Positions 34,505-44,631 of a stretch of 64,000 nt of DNA are shown in pieces (position 1 is the stretch's first letter; each line of letters opens with the position of its first letter). The DNA comes from an uncultured Polycyclovorans sp. (GTDB lineage Bacteria > Pseudomonadota > Gammaproteobacteria > Nevskiales > Nevskiaceae). The notes under the pieces were generated by a model, which was given only the letters and a program-made list of their open reading frames with translations, did no database searches and was not told where the DNA came from. The translations under genes were made by a program, and so were the position numbers. The stretch lies in assembly GCA_964425915.1 (NCBI GenBank), contig CAYROO010000010.1:7314-71313 (forward strand). Direction: 5' to 3'.

Positions 34505-34601
34505 AAAAACGTGCGGCGTTCGGGGTCAGGCGGGAGAGGCAAAAAGCGTCAAAGGCGAGGCGCGAGGGGAATGCTCCGCCTCGCGCCCCGCCCTTCGGGC
34601 C

Positions 34602-36518
34602 TCACTTCTTGTCGTTGTCCTTGACTTCGGTGAACTCGGCGTCAACCACATCGCCATCCGCGCCGCCATCGGCCGCGCCCGGCTGGCCACCCTCGGCCGC
34701 ACCGGCCTTGGCATAGGCGCGCTCTGCCAGCTTGGCGCTGGCCTCGCTGAGCGCCTGGGTCTTGGCCTCAATGGCATCCTTGTCATTGCCCTTGAGGACT
34801 TCCCGCAGTTCAGCGATCGCCGCCTCGATACGCGTCTTCTCATCGCCTTCGACCTCGGATTCGAGATCCTTGAGCGACTTTTCCACCGCGTGGACCATCT
34901 GGTCGCCCTGGTTGCGGGCGGCGACCAGTTCGTTGAACTTGCGGTCCTCTTCAGCGTGCGCCTCGGCATCCTTCACCATGCGCTGAACTTCCTCGTCGGA
35001 CAGGCCGGAGTTGGCCTTGATGACGATGGACTGGGACTTGCCGGTGGCCTTGTCGCGCGCCGACACGTTGAGAATGCCGTTGGCGTCGATGTCGAAGGTC
35101 ACTTCGATCTGCGGCATGCCGCGCGGTGCCGGCGGGATGTCCGCCAAGTCGAACCGGCCCAGTGACTTGTTGGCCGAGGCAATCTCACGCTCACCCTGGT
35201 AGACCTGGATGGTCACCGCCGTCTGGTTGTCATCGGCGGTGGTGAAGGTCTCCGACTTCTTGGTCGGGATGGTGGTGTTCTTCTCGATCAGCTTGGTCAT
35301 CTTGCCGCCCAGAGTCTCGATGCCCAGCGACAACGGGGTCACATCCAGCAGCAGCACGTCCTTGACGTCGCCGGCCAGCACGGCGCCCTGAATCGCGGCA
35401 CCGACCGCCACCGCTTCATCCGGGTTGACGTCCTTGCGCGGCTCGCGGCCGAAGAAGCTCTTGACCGTCTCCTGCACCTTCGGCATGCGGGTCTGGCCAC
35501 CGACGAGGATGATCTCCTGGACGTCGCTCGCCTGCAGGCCGGCATCCTTCAGCGCAATCTTGCAGGGCTCGATGGTGCGGCTGACCAGGTCATCCACCAG
35601 CGATTCCAGCTTGGCGCGAGTCAGCTTCAGGTTGAGGTGCTTGGGCCCTGAGGCATCCGCTGTGATGTACGGCAGGTTGATTTCGGTCTGGGTGGTGCTG
35701 GACAGCTCGATCTTGGCCTTCTCCGCGGCTTCTTTCAGGCGCTGCAGGGCCAGCGGATCCTTTTTCAGGTCGACCCCCTGCTCCTTCTGGAACTCGGTGG
35801 CGATGTAGTCGATCACGCGCATGTCGAAGTCTTCCCCACCGAGGAAGGTGTCCCCGTTGGTGGCCAGCACTTCGAACTGATGCTCACCGTCGACTTCCGC
35901 GATCTCGATGATGGACACGTCGAAGGTGCCACCACCCAGGTCGTAGACGGCGATCTTGCGGTCGCCCTTGACCTTGTCCATGCCGAAGGCCAGCGCTGCG
36001 GCCGTGGGCTCGTTGATGATGCGCTTAACTTCCAGACCGGCGATCTTGCCCGCGTCCTTGGTGGCCTGGCGCTGGCTGTCGTTGAAGTAGGCCGGGACGG
36101 TGATCACGGCCTCGGTCACAGGCTCGCCTAGATAGTCCTCAGCGGTCTTCTTCATCTTCATCAGCACTTCGGCGCTGACCTGCGGCGGGGCCATCTTCTT
36201 GCCCTTCGCCTCGACCCAGGCATCGCCGTTGTCGTTCTTGATGATCTTGTAGGGGACCATGGCGATGTCCTTCTGCACCACACCATCGTCAAACCGACGA
36301 CCGATGAGGCGCTTCACCGCAAACAGGGTGTTGTGAGGATTGGTCACCGCCTGTCGCTTGGCGGGACGACCGACGATGGTGCCATCGTCGGTGTAAGCGA
36401 CGATGGACGGCGTGGTGCGCTCGCCCTCTGCGTTTTCGATCACCTTGGCGTTGCCGCCGTCCAGGATTGCCACGCAGCTATTGGTGGTGCCGAGGTCGAT
36501 ACCGATGATTTTGGCCAT
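34602..36518 (-). CDS. dnaK: Molecular chaperone DnaK (Hsp70)
   Basis: [18 protein letters not shown] and the full-length Hsp70 pattern. 638 aa. Confidence 0.98.
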   Translation of the reverse strand: MAKIIGIDLGTTNSCVAILDGGNAKVIENAEGERTTPSIVAYTDDGTIVGRPAKRQAVTNPHNTLFAVKRLIGRRFDDGVVQKDIAMVPYKIIKNDNGDAWVEAKGKKMAPPQVSAEVLMKMKKTAEDYLGEPVTEAVITVPAYFNDSQRQATKDAGKIAGLEVKRIINEPTAAALAFGMDKVKGDRKIAVYDLGGGTFDVSIIEIAEVDGEHQFEVLATNGDTFLGGEDFDMRVIDYIATEFQKEQGVDLKKDPLALQRLKEAAEKAKIELSSTTQTEINLPYITADASGPKHLNLKLTRAKLESLVDDLVSRTIEPCKIALKDAGLQASDVQEIILVGGQTRMPKVQETVKSFFGREPRKDVNPDEAVAVGAAIQGAVLAGDVKDVLLLDVTPLSLGIETLGGKMTKLIEKNTTIPTKKSETFTTADDNQTAVTIQVYQGEREIASANKSLGRFDLADIPPAPRGMPQIEVTFDIDANGILNVSARDKATGKSQSIVIKANSGLSDEEVQRMVKDAEAHAEEDRKFNELVAARNQGDQMVHAVEKSLKDLESEVEGDEKTRIEAAIAELREVLKGNDKDAIEAKTQALSEASAKLAERAYAKAGAAEGGQPGAADGGADGDVVDAEFTEVKDNDKK

Positions 36519-36554
36519 GTTGGGCTCCGAAAAATTCGTAAAACGTCTGTCTGG

Positions 36555-36583
36555 AAGGTGGGCGCGCCGGCGCCCGATTCAAG
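36555..36583 (-). promoter_or_regulatory. Putative sigma32 (RpoH) heat-shock promoter upstream of dnaK
   Basis: The minus strand reads CTTGAAT-N14-CCCACCTT, close to the CTTGAAA-N13-15-CCCCATnT consensus. Confidence 0.5.
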
Positions 36584-36587
36584 GGGC

Positions 36588-37142
36588 TCAGGCGGCCGAA
36601 TCAGTGCCGCCGGTCGGGGCTTTGGCCACCACCACCATGGCAGGACGCAGCAAACGGCCATGCAGCTGGTAGCCCTTCTGCATCACCGACAGCACATGGT
36701 TGGGCGCCACATCGCCGCTCTCGATCATGCTCATCGCCTGGTGCAGCTCGGGGTCAAACGGCTGGCCGGCGGGGTCGACCACGGTGACGCCCTGCTTCTC
36801 CAGCAGGCTGCCGAACTGCTTGTGGGTAAGGGCCATGCCGTCCAGAAGGGCTGGCATCTGAGCATCGGGCCGTTCGGCCGCCTTGATGCCCAGCTCCAGC
36901 GAATCCACCACGTTGAGCAGCTCACGCAAGAGTCCTTCGGCGGCAAAGCGGGCGCTGTTCTGCGCCTCACGCTCCAGTCGTCGACGGCTGTTCTCCAGCT
37001 CCGCGGCAGCCCGCAGCTGGGCGTCTCGGGTCTGGTCGGCCTGGGCATGGGCATCGGCCAGGGCCTTCTCGAGCTCAGCAATTCGCTGCTGCGGGTCCTG
37101 GGCTTCAGGCGGAAGATCTTGGGACATGTCGGTCGGGCTCAT
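36588..37142 (-). CDS. grpE: Nucleotide exchange factor GrpE
   Basis: Coiled-coil N-terminus and a C-terminal GrpE signature (VLSVMQKGYQLHGRLLRPAMVVV). Confidence 0.95.
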   Translation of the reverse strand: MSPTDMSQDLPPEAQDPQQRIAELEKALADAHAQADQTRDAQLRAAAELENSRRRLEREAQNSARFAAEGLLRELLNVVDSLELGIKAAERPDAQMPALLDGMALTHKQFGSLLEKQGVTVVDPAGQPFDPELHQAMSMIESGDVAPNHVLSVMQKGYQLHGRLLRPAMVVVAKAPTGGTDSAA

Positions 37143-37214
37143 GGTTGGGCCTGGGTGTTCGATAGGGATGGAACGCGCGGACCACCGACGGCTGAACCGC
37201 CGGCACCTGCGAGG

Positions 37215-37243
37215 ACGTGGGGGCAGCCGCCCGCCTTTTCAAG
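37215..37243 (-). promoter_or_regulatory. Putative sigma32 (RpoH) heat-shock promoter upstream of grpE
   Basis: The minus strand reads CTTGAAA-N13-CCCCCACGT in the hrcA-grpE spacer. Confidence 0.55.
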
Positions 37244-37271
37244 GGGGCGGAGCATGCCGAGCGCGGTGGCG

Positions 37272-38303
37272 CTAGTCCAGCCCCTGGGACAACAGGCGCG
37301 CGGTTTCGCGGACCAAGGGAATGATGCGCTGGTAGGCCATGCGGGTCGGTCCGATAACGCCGAGTATGCCGGCCACCTGCCCTTCGACATAGTAAGGCGA
37401 CGTCACCACCGCCATCTCATCGAGCACCTGATAGCCAGACTCTTCGCCGATGAAGACCTGGACCCCATCGGCCTCCAGGCATTGGTCGAACAGATTGAGC
37501 AGATCGCGCTTGCGGTCGAGGGCGTCGAACAGACCCCGAAGTCGCTGAACATCCGCGAGCTCCTGGAAACCGAACAGGTTGGCGCCGCCCGCGTGTACGA
37601 AGTCCTTCTGCTGCCCCGGGGCGACCGCCTGGCTGGCCATGCGAGCCGCTTCTTGTAGCACGCGGTTCACCTCATTCTGCGCAACCACCGCGTCTTCCAG
37701 CAGGGCGCGCCGAAGGTCTACCAGATTGCGACCGGCGAATCGCTCATTGAGCAGGTTGGCGTACTGCACCAGCTCGTCGGCGCCATAGGCGCGGTCCATC
37801 TGCAGCACCCGGTTCTGAACCTCGTGCTGATTGACCACCAGGATGGCCAGCACTCGCTGATCGGACAGCGGCAGAAACTCGATCCGTCGGAGCACCGTCA
37901 GGTTGCGCCGGGGCAAGGTCACCACGCCCGCCATGCGCGAAAGCTGGGACAGCAGCCCGCTGGCGGCCTGGGCCAGATCCTGCGGCGAGCCGTGGCGACT
38001 GCGGCCGAATTCCGCTTCCAAGGCCTCCCGGCTGGCCTCGTCCAGCGGCTCGGGCGCCAGCAGACTATCGACGAAATAGCGGTAGCCCCGCTGCGTCGGA
38101 ATCCGCCCCGCGGAGGTATGAGGCGACGCAACAAAGCCCAACTCATCGAGATCGGCCATGACGTTGCGGATGGTGGCCGCCGACAGCCCCAGGCCAGCCG
38201 CGCGCGACAGGGTACGGGAGCCCACCGGTTGGCCGTCCTGGATATAGCGCTGAATCAGCAGCTTGAGCAGCTCTTCGGCGCGGCTGTTGAGCACGTCAGA
38301 CAT
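37272..38303 (-). CDS. hrcA: Heat-inducible transcription repressor HrcA
   Basis: N-terminal winged-helix region (LLKLLIQRYIQDGQPVGSRTL) and C-terminal HrcA domains. The start is set at MSDVLNSRAEE. Confidence 0.92.
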   Translation of the reverse strand: MSDVLNSRAEELLKLLIQRYIQDGQPVGSRTLSRAAGLGLSAATIRNVMADLDELGFVASPHTSAGRIPTQRGYRYFVDSLLAPEPLDEASREALEAEFGRSRHGSPQDLAQAASGLLSQLSRMAGVVTLPRRNLTVLRRIEFLPLSDQRVLAILVVNQHEVQNRVLQMDRAYGADELVQYANLLNERFAGRNLVDLRRALLEDAVVAQNEVNRVLQEAARMASQAVAPGQQKDFVHAGGANLFGFQELADVQRLRGLFDALDRKRDLLNLFDQCLEADGVQVFIGEESGYQVLDEMAVVTSPYYVEGQVAGILGVIGPTRMAYQRIIPLVRETARLLSQGLD

Positions 38304-38408
38304 GGAACTCGCGGCAGTCGTGGTGTTCGGGACGCTAGCGAAAGGGGGCCGCCACCGCAAGGTGTAGGGCGGATGCCGCAGCGCTCAGCGGTATGAAATA
38401 CTGCGCGC

Positions 38409-39284
38409 ATGTCCCATTTTGCCCGCCTCGGTGTCATCGCCAAGCAGGACGCGCGCGCCGTCGATACCGCCCGCCGCCTGCTCGTCCACCTTGCGCACTG
38501 CGGCCATGCCCCTTTGCTCGACCGCCATCTGGCGCACCGTCTGCACGCCGATGCCGCGCGCATTCGCGACCGCCACACGCTGGGCACCGAATGCGACCTG
38601 GTGATCGTGGTGGGAGGCGACGGCACGCTGTTGTCCGCCGCGCGCGATCTCGCCCCCAGTGGCGTACCGATCCTGGGAATCAATCAGGGGCGGCTGGGCT
38701 TTATGGTGGATGTTGCCCCGGACGACATGGAACGACATCTCGGCGACGTCCTGGCGGGCCGATACGTGGCTGAACAACGCTTGCTGCTGAGCGCACAGAT
38801 CGAAGGCAGTGGCGGCTTGCGCGGGCCGTTCCTGGCGGTCAACGACGTGGTGGTGCGCAATCTCGCCGCCATTCGCATGCTGGAGTTCGAAACCTGGCTT
38901 GATGACCAGTTCATCAGCCAGCATCGGGCCGATGGCATGATTTTCAGCACGCCCACCGGATCCACGGCCTACGCGCTGTCCGGTGGCGGTCCGGTGGTGC
39001 ACCCCACGCTGGAAGCCCTGTCTCTGGTGCCGATCTGTCCGCATACCCTGTCGGATCGCCCGATCGTGGTCGGCGCCGACCGGCCGGTGCACCTGGTTCT
39101 CGGCGGCGGCAGTGGTGCCACTGCTACCGTGACCTGCGATGGCCAGACCAACGAGATGTTGCAGCTGGGCGATCGCCTTTCCATCAGCCGCTCCAGCCAT
39201 CGACTGCACCTGATTCATCCGGCGCCGTACGATTACTTCAGCATTCTTCGCGACAAGCTTCATTGGGGCCGGGCACCGGCCTGA
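38409..39284 (+). CDS. nadK: NAD(+) kinase
   Basis: GGDGT motif (VVGGDGTLL) and the NGxxGFL-like INQGRLGFM motif. 291 aa. Confidence 0.95.
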   Translation: MSHFARLGVIAKQDARAVDTARRLLVHLAHCGHAPLLDRHLAHRLHADAARIRDRHTLGTECDLVIVVGGDGTLLSAARDLAPSGVPILGINQGRLGFMVDVAPDDMERHLGDVLAGRYVAEQRLLLSAQIEGSGGLRGPFLAVNDVVVRNLAAIRMLEFETWLDDQFISQHRADGMIFSTPTGSTAYALSGGGPVVHPTLEALSLVPICPHTLSDRPIVVGADRPVHLVLGGGSGATATVTCDGQTNEMLQLGDRLSISRSSHRLHLIHPAPYDYFSILRDKLHWGRAPA

Positions 39285-39290
39285 GACGGC

Positions 39291-40970
39291 ATGCTCATTT
39301 CCCTGACGATACGCAACCTCGCCATCATCGAGCAGCTGACGCTCGAGTTCGAACCGGGCTTCACCGCACTGACCGGCGAGACCGGCGCGGGTAAATCCAT
39401 CCTGCTTGACGCCCTGGGGCTGCTACTTGGCGGCCGTGCCGACACCCAGCTGGTCCGCGATGGCTGCGACCGCGCCGAGGTCAGCGGTATCTTCAGTGTG
39501 CCGGCGGATGGACCAGCCCGAGCCTGGCTGGAGACCCAGGCGCTCAGCGATCCGGATGCACCCGATCAGCTGTTGATCCGCCGGGTTGTCAGCACCGAGG
39601 GCCGTACCCGCGCCTTCATCAACGGTCAGCCCGTTAATACCGGCCCACTGCGCGAGCTCGCCGAGACGCTGGTGGAGATCTTCGGCCAATCGGAATCGCA
39701 GACGCTGTTGCGCGCCGAAGTGCAGCGCCAGCAGCTCGACGCCTTCGGCAATACCGCTGAAGCATTGGCCGAGGTGGCGCGCTGTCACGACATCCTGAAA
39801 ACCCTGGACGCCCGCGAGACAGCCCTACGCAACGCCGGCCAAGTGGATCCGACCCAGTTGGAGTTCCTGCGCTACCAGGTGCAGGAGCTGGAGGCACTGG
39901 ACCTGCGGCCGGAGAGCCTCGGGCAGCTGGAACAGGATCACCGCAGACTGGCGCATGCCGGCCAGCTGCTGTCCGACGGCGGTGCCGCGCTGGACCTGCT
40001 CTACAGTGGCGAGAGTTCAGCGGCCGCCCGAGTTGGCGAGGCCATGTCGCGGCTGACTGCACTGGTCGATCTGGACCCCGACTTCGAACAGATCCTGCGG
40101 CTGGCCGAGGGCGCCGACGCGCACCTGTCGGAGGCCGCCGAAAGCCTGCGCCGTGTGCTGGATCGTCTGGAACTGGATCCCACCCTACTTGCCGAGCTGG
40201 AGCGGCGCCTGGAGGCGGTCCACGACCTGGCGCGCAAGCATCGCGTCAAGGCCGGCGCCCTGGGCGAGCGTTTGAGCGCCTTGCAGCAGCAGCTGGCCGA
40301 CAGCGAGGGGGCGGAATCGGCGCTGGCCAAGATCGCCCAGCAGCGGAAGGCGGCAACCCTCGACTATCGAAAGGCCGCCGAGACCCTGCGCCAGCATCGC
40401 CTACGGTCCGCCGACGACCTGGCGCAGCAGGCCACCGCGCTGATTCGCCAGCTGGGCATGCCCAATGCCCGCTTCCAGATCGCGGTGCTGCCGCTGGCCG
40501 ATGACGACTTGCGACGGCACGGCCAGGACGATGTGCGCTTCGACTTCAGCGCCAACCCCGGCCAGGTCCCCCGCCCGCTCGCCAAAGTGGCCAGCGGCGG
40601 CGAACTGTCTCGGATCTCACTGGCGCTGCAAGTGGTACTGACCCGCGACCTTGGCGCCGAGACGCTGATCTTTGATGAGGTCGACGCCGGCATCAGCGGC
40701 GCGGTGGCCGAAATCGTCGGCCAGCAATTGCGCAGCCTTGGACACCAGCACCAGGTGCTGAGCGTGACCCACCTGGCGCAGGTGGCCGCACAGGCCATGC
40801 ATCACGTTGGCATCCGAAAGGCGGTCCGCGACGGACAAACCTTCACCCAGGTTCAGGTGCTCGATGCCGAACAGCGGGTGGACGAGCTGGCCCGCATGCA
40901 GGGCGGCGTATCGGTTACAGCACGGGCGCGTGAGCACGCCCGGGAGCTGCTGGACCGGGCGGGAACCTGA
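39291..40970 (+). CDS. recN: DNA repair protein RecN
   Basis: N-terminal Walker A (LTGETGAGKSIL), a long coiled coil, and a C-terminal signature with Walker B (SGGELSRISLAL...LIFDEVDAGI). Confidence 0.96.
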   Translation: MLISLTIRNLAIIEQLTLEFEPGFTALTGETGAGKSILLDALGLLLGGRADTQLVRDGCDRAEVSGIFSVPADGPARAWLETQALSDPDAPDQLLIRRVVSTEGRTRAFINGQPVNTGPLRELAETLVEIFGQSESQTLLRAEVQRQQLDAFGNTAEALAEVARCHDILKTLDARETALRNAGQVDPTQLEFLRYQVQELEALDLRPESLGQLEQDHRRLAHAGQLLSDGGAALDLLYSGESSAAARVGEAMSRLTALVDLDPDFEQILRLAEGADAHLSEAAESLRRVLDRLELDPTLLAELERRLEAVHDLARKHRVKAGALGERLSALQQQLADSEGAESALAKIAQQRKAATLDYRKAAETLRQHRLRSADDLAQQATALIRQLGMPNARFQIAVLPLADDDLRRHGQDDVRFDFSANPGQVPRPLAKVASGGELSRISLALQVVLTRDLGAETLIFDEVDAGISGAVAEIVGQQLRSLGHQHQVLSVTHLAQVAAQAMHHVGIRKAVRDGQTFTQVQVLDAEQRVDELARMQGGVSVTARAREHARELLDRAGT

Positions 40971-40973
40971 GCC

Positions 40974-41390
40974 TCAGGCTTTCTTCTTTTTGGGCTTCAC
41001 GTACAGCACGAGGCTATGGTCGTGCACCACATAGCCGTGCTTGTCGGCGATCTGCTTCTGCAGCCGCTCAATTTCCTCGCTGACAAACTCGATCACGGTG
41101 CCGGTCTCGACACAGACCATATGGTCGTGGTGGTCGCCCTTGGCCAGCTCGAAGACCGCGTGGCCGCCTTCGAAGTTGTGACGAACCACCAGGCCCGCTG
41201 CTTCGAACTGGGTCAGCACGCGGTAAACGGTTGCCAGCCCGATCTCTTCATTGGCGTCCAGCAGGCGGCGATAGATATCCTCAGCCGACAGATGGGCATC
41301 CGGATGCGTCTCGAGGATCTCGAGAATCTTCAGCCGTGGGAGCGTGACCTTCAGGCCGGCACTGCGCAGATCGGAGGATTCCACCGGCAA
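40974..41390 (-). CDS. fur: Ferric uptake regulator Fur
   Basis: LKVTLPRLKILEIL, HHDH and the overall Fur pattern. 138 aa. Confidence 0.95.
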   Translation of the reverse strand: MPVESSDLRSAGLKVTLPRLKILEILETHPDAHLSAEDIYRRLLDANEEIGLATVYRVLTQFEAAGLVVRHNFEGGHAVFELAKGDHHDHMVCVETGTVIEFVSEEIERLQKQIADKHGYVVHDHSLVLYVKPKKKKA

Positions 41391-41448
41391 ATCTCATGAG
41401 GGCGATGGGGTATTATGCCCGCTCACCCTGTTCCGGCAAGCCTCTACG

Positions 41449-41919
41449 ATGCGTGGATCGTTGCTCTCCGCAGTCTTCCTGCCCTTGGCCCTGTTCATCT
41501 CCGGCTGCCAGCTGGTGTACACCCTGCCGACCCGGCAAGGGAATGTGATTGAGCAGAAGAAGTTGGAACAACTGCAGGTCGGCATGACACGTGAGCAGGT
41601 TCGCTACCTGCTCGGCACGCCGCTGGCAGCAAGCCCCTTTGACGCTGATCGCTGGGACTACCTCGGCTACTACCGCTCTCCGCGCGGTTCCGAAGTCGAC
41701 CGTACCGTCACGCTCTATTTTGAGCAGGACACCCTGGTCCGGATGGAAGGGATCGAGATGGCCGATGCCAAGGCCGCCATTGAGACGCCGGACCTGCAAA
41801 CCGTCGTGGAAGAAGAAGAGCGCGCCCTGCTGGAAGCTGAACGCAAGGAAAGCGAAGCACGGGGCGTCATCATCCGACAGGAAGAGGACGCCGGTCAGCC
41901 GGGCAATCCCGGCCCCTGA
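41449..41919 (+). CDS. bamE: Outer-membrane protein assembly factor BamE (OmlA/SmpA)
   Basis: Lipobox FISGC, then GMTREQVRYLLGTP and RWDY motifs. The start is at the internal ATG 41449. Confidence 0.9.
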   Translation: MRGSLLSAVFLPLALFISGCQLVYTLPTRQGNVIEQKKLEQLQVGMTREQVRYLLGTPLAASPFDADRWDYLGYYRSPRGSEVDRTVTLYFEQDTLVRMEGIEMADAKAAIETPDLQTVVEEEERALLEAERKESEARGVIIRQEEDAGQPGNPGP

Positions 41920-41948
41920 TCGCCGCCGGCGGGGCCAGGTCGACGGCG

Positions 41949-42239
41949 TCAAGCGCCACGCGCTGCGCGCTGTCTCCGGACTTCCTTCGGGTCGGCGATC
42001 AGCGGACGGTAGATCTCCACCCGATCGCCACTGGCGACGGTGTCGTCCAGGCGCACCAGCCGAGCGTGGATGCCCACCTTGTTGTCGCCGTCCAGATCAA
42101 TCTCGGTGAAGCGTCCAAGGATGCCCGACTGAATCACCGCATCGCGGACGGTCGCACCCTTGGGCAGATCCACCTTGAGCACGACCTGATCACCCGGTCG
42201 GGCGTAGGCCACTTCCACCTGCAGCAGATCACCGCTCAC
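41949..42239 (-). CDS. rnfH: RnfH family ubiquitin-like protein (UPF0125)
   Basis: GTG start. The 96 aa run L.VEV.YA.P......V.L..G.TV.DA...SG.........VGI.......[20 protein letters not shown]. Confidence 0.85.
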   Translation of the reverse strand: MSGDLLQVEVAYARPGDQVVLKVDLPKGATVRDAVIQSGILGRFTEIDLDGDNKVGIHARLVRLDDTVASGDRVEIYRPLIADPKEVRRQRAARGA

Positions 42240-42265
42240 GATTACCCTCGTATCGATCAAGGCCC

Positions 42266-43648
42266 TCAGGCCTCGTTCCAAAGTCCCAGCAGCGCCTCTG
42301 TCACGCCAAGCGCCTGTAACAGCAATACCATCAGCACCACCCGCGTCGGGTAGCGCAGCACGAAATACCAAAGGCCAAATCCCCAGCCGCTGCCGTAGGC
42401 GGCACGCGCCATTTCGCGCGGAATAATGCGGGCGCAGAATACACAAAACAACAAGGCTGCCAGAGGCGCCGCCAATTGCGCGGTGATGAACTGCAAAGCC
42501 TCGAATACGGTGACGCCGGCAAAACGCAGCGGGGCATCCCCGGCAAAGCTCAGCAAGGTGAGCACGCCGAGCGCCCAGATCACCACCGCCGCGCTGGTGG
42601 CTGCAAAAACGCGCGTGACCCGCCAACGCTCCATGGCGAAGCGGGTCACCGGCTCCAGCAGTGCGACCGCCGACGCCAGCGTGAGGATGACCACCAGGCC
42701 GTAGAACGTGACCCCGAGCAATGCCCCTTCGACGCCGGACGGCAGGGCCAGCGGCAGACTCTGGAAGATGACGCCAAGCCCGCGTGCTGGCGCCAGGTCG
42801 GCGCCACCGAGCAGCAGATACAGCGCAGCGCCGAGGGTCATGGAGAACAGTAGATCGAGCCCGATCACCAGGCTGGCAGTGCGGACCAGCGGTGTCCGCG
42901 CTGGCAGGTAGCTCCCCAGCATCAGCATCACACCCAGCCCAAGGCTCAGGGTTACGAAGGCCTCCTGCAGCGCGCGCAGCGCCGTCACCAGCAGACCGGC
43001 TGGCGGCAGCGCCGGACGCAGCCAGGCGACAAGACCGTCCATCGGCTGGCGCCACAGCAGATAGCCCACCAACAGCAGCGCCACCAACAGGCTCAAGGGA
43101 ATGATGCGCAGCGCGATCCGCTCGATGCCCTCACGAAAGCCATGGGCCACCACGATGCAGGCCATCACCATGAAAATGGTGTGCCAGGCAAGACCACGTT
43201 CCGGCTCCCGCGCCAGCGTGAGGAAGGTCGCCACCAGATCGGCCGGGGCCTGTCCAGCGAGGGCGCCGCTGGCGGCGCGGAACACATAGCCGAGACTCCA
43301 ACCGGCCATGACGCTGTAGTAGGAGAGGATCAACCCGGCCGATGCCACCATCAACATGCCCAGCCAGCGCCACTGCGCGCGCGCGCCGGCCCCTTCGGCG
43401 ACATGGCCAAGACCACTGACCGGCTCTTCCCGCATCCAGCGCCCGAGTCCCCACTCGGCCACCAGTAGCGGCAGCCCCACCAGCGCCATCGCCAACAGGT
43501 AAAACCCCAGAAACACCACGCCACCGTGCTGCTCGGTCAAACCCGGCAAGCGGACCATATTGCCCATCCCAACGCAGGCGCCCACCGCCACCCAGACAAA
43601 GCTACGGGTGGATTGCCAGGTGCCGAACCGCGGTTCACGGATTTCCAT
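42266..43648 (-). CDS. Sodium-dependent transporter (neurotransmitter:sodium symporter family)
   Basis: The N-terminal W.S...[19 protein letters not shown] matches the NSS signature, and the protein has about 11-12 TM segments. The start is set at ATG 43648 to avoid overlapping smpB. Confidence 0.85.
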   Translation of the reverse strand: MEIREPRFGTWQSTRSFVWVAVGACVGMGNMVRLPGLTEQHGGVVFLGFYLLAMALVGLPLLVAEWGLGRWMREEPVSGLGHVAEGAGARAQWRWLGMLMVASAGLILSYYSVMAGWSLGYVFRAASGALAGQAPADLVATFLTLAREPERGLAWHTIFMVMACIVVAHGFREGIERIALRIIPLSLLVALLLVGYLLWRQPMDGLVAWLRPALPPAGLLVTALRALQEAFVTLSLGLGVMLMLGSYLPARTPLVRTASLVIGLDLLFSMTLGAALYLLLGGADLAPARGLGVIFQSLPLALPSGVEGALLGVTFYGLVVILTLASAVALLEPVTRFAMERWRVTRVFAATSAAVVIWALGVLTLLSFAGDAPLRFAGVTVFEALQFITAQLAAPLAALLFCVFCARIIPREMARAAYGSGWGFGLWYFVLRYPTRVVLMVLLLQALGVTEALLGLWNEA

Positions 43649-43679
43649 GGCCGCAGTGTAGCGTTCGTATAATCCCCCC

Positions 43680-44159
43680 ATGAAAGCAGCTTCCAGCGCT
43701 GGCGACAGCAACCCGGTCATCGCCGTCAATCGGCGCGCCCGACACGATTACTTCATCGAAGACCAGTACGAGGCTGGCCTCGCCCTGCAAGGCTGGGAGG
43801 TCAAATCTCTGCGCGCCGGTCGCGCCCAAATTGCCGAGGCCTACGTCGTCCTGCGCGCAGGCGAGGCCTACCTGATCGGCGCCCACATCACACCCTTGCC
43901 CCAGGCCTGCACCCATGAGGTGGCCGAGGCCACTCGCACCCGCAAGCTGCTGTTGCACCGAAAGCAGCTCGCCACCCTCATCGGCAAGGTCGAGCGCGCT
44001 GGCTACACCCTGGTGCCGCTTGACCTGCACTGGACCCGCGGCCGCGCCAAACTGGTGGTCGGCCTCGCCAAGGGCAAGAAGCAGCATGACAAGCGCGCCG
44101 ACATCAAGCAGCGCGACTGGAAACGCGAGCAGGAGCGTCTGCTCCGCAAGCGGGCCTGA
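43680..44159 (+). CDS. smpB: SsrA-binding protein SmpB
   Basis: [14 protein letters not shown]...GWEVKSLR...YLIGAHI motifs. 159 aa. It lies directly upstream of the tmRNA. Confidence 0.96.
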   Translation: MKAASSAGDSNPVIAVNRRARHDYFIEDQYEAGLALQGWEVKSLRAGRAQIAEAYVVLRAGEAYLIGAHITPLPQACTHEVAEATRTRKLLLHRKQLATLIGKVERAGYTLVPLDLHWTRGRAKLVVGLAKGKKQHDKRADIKQRDWKREQERLLRKRA

Positions 44160-44194
44160 ACTTCCTGGCGGCGTGCTACTCTAATGACCACAAC

Positions 44195-44548
44195 GGGGAT
44201 GACTGGCTTCGACGTCGGTGCCGAAACCCGCGGTGCATGCCGAGCTGCAGGTCTGCTCGTTAAACGGTCTGCAAACAAGCTAGTTGCGAACGACGCTAAC
44301 TACGCCCTCGCCGCTTAATCCGGCGAGCGTCTGACCGGTCGGTGTTGGTACCGCCGAATCAGATGTCGACTCATACCAACTCGCGCTGAGGGTCGCCCTT
44401 ACCTGATGCGCTAAAACCCCAAGGGGATAAGCGTCGGCGATCCGTGCCGGTCCGGGAGCCGACGACGAAAACCAAAGATTCGGCTACGCATGTAGATCTG
44501 TAGGCGTAAGACTGGCGGACGCGGGTTCAATTCCCGCCATCTCCACCA
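44195..44548 (+). ncRNA. ssrA: tmRNA (SsrA), tag reading frame ANDANYALAA
   Basis: The 5' GGGGAUG pairs with the 3' CAUCUCC-ACCA, including G3:U70. The T-arm is GCGGGTTCAATTCCCGC. The tag ORF gcgaacgacgctaactacgccctcgccgcttaa lies at 44286-44318. Confidence 0.95.
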
Positions 44549-44587
44549 ACATTGTCAGGCCGGTGCAGCCTGATCGCGGTACCCCAA

Positions 44588-44614
44588 GGGAAAGCCTCGG
44601 CTTTCCCTTTTTTG
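44588..44614. terminator. Rho-independent terminator hairpin between ssrA and the convergent TetR gene
   Basis: The sequence is gggaaagcc-tc-ggctttccc followed by tttttt. Confidence 0.75.
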
Positions 44615-44631
44615 TTGCCTGAACCTGCGCC

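Noticed and set aside
33326-37658. Long plus-strand ORFs antisense to dnaJ (33326..34624), dnaK (34497..35165 and others) and grpE/hrcA (36333..37658).
   Set aside because: They are antisense to highly conserved chaperone genes and carry no motifs. They are high-GC artefacts.
36519-38408. A search for a CIRCE inverted repeat (TTAGCACTC-N9-GAGTGCTAA) in the hrcA, grpE and dnaK upstream regions.
   Set aside because: It is not present by eye. Sigma32-like promoters were found instead.
39180-39290. A search for a LexA/SOS box (CTGT-N8-ACAG or the Xanthomonad-type TTAGTA…TACTAA) upstream of recN.
   Set aside because: I found no convincing match by eye in the 110 nt upstream, which is the 3' end of nadK. 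A position-weight-matrix scan would be needed to exclude a divergent box.
42240-43055. The remainder of the 368-aa minus-strand ORF 41949..43055, upstream of the RnfH-like segment.
   Set aside because: Only the C-terminal 96 aa match RnfH. The upstream part overlaps the NSS transporter frame and is low complexity.
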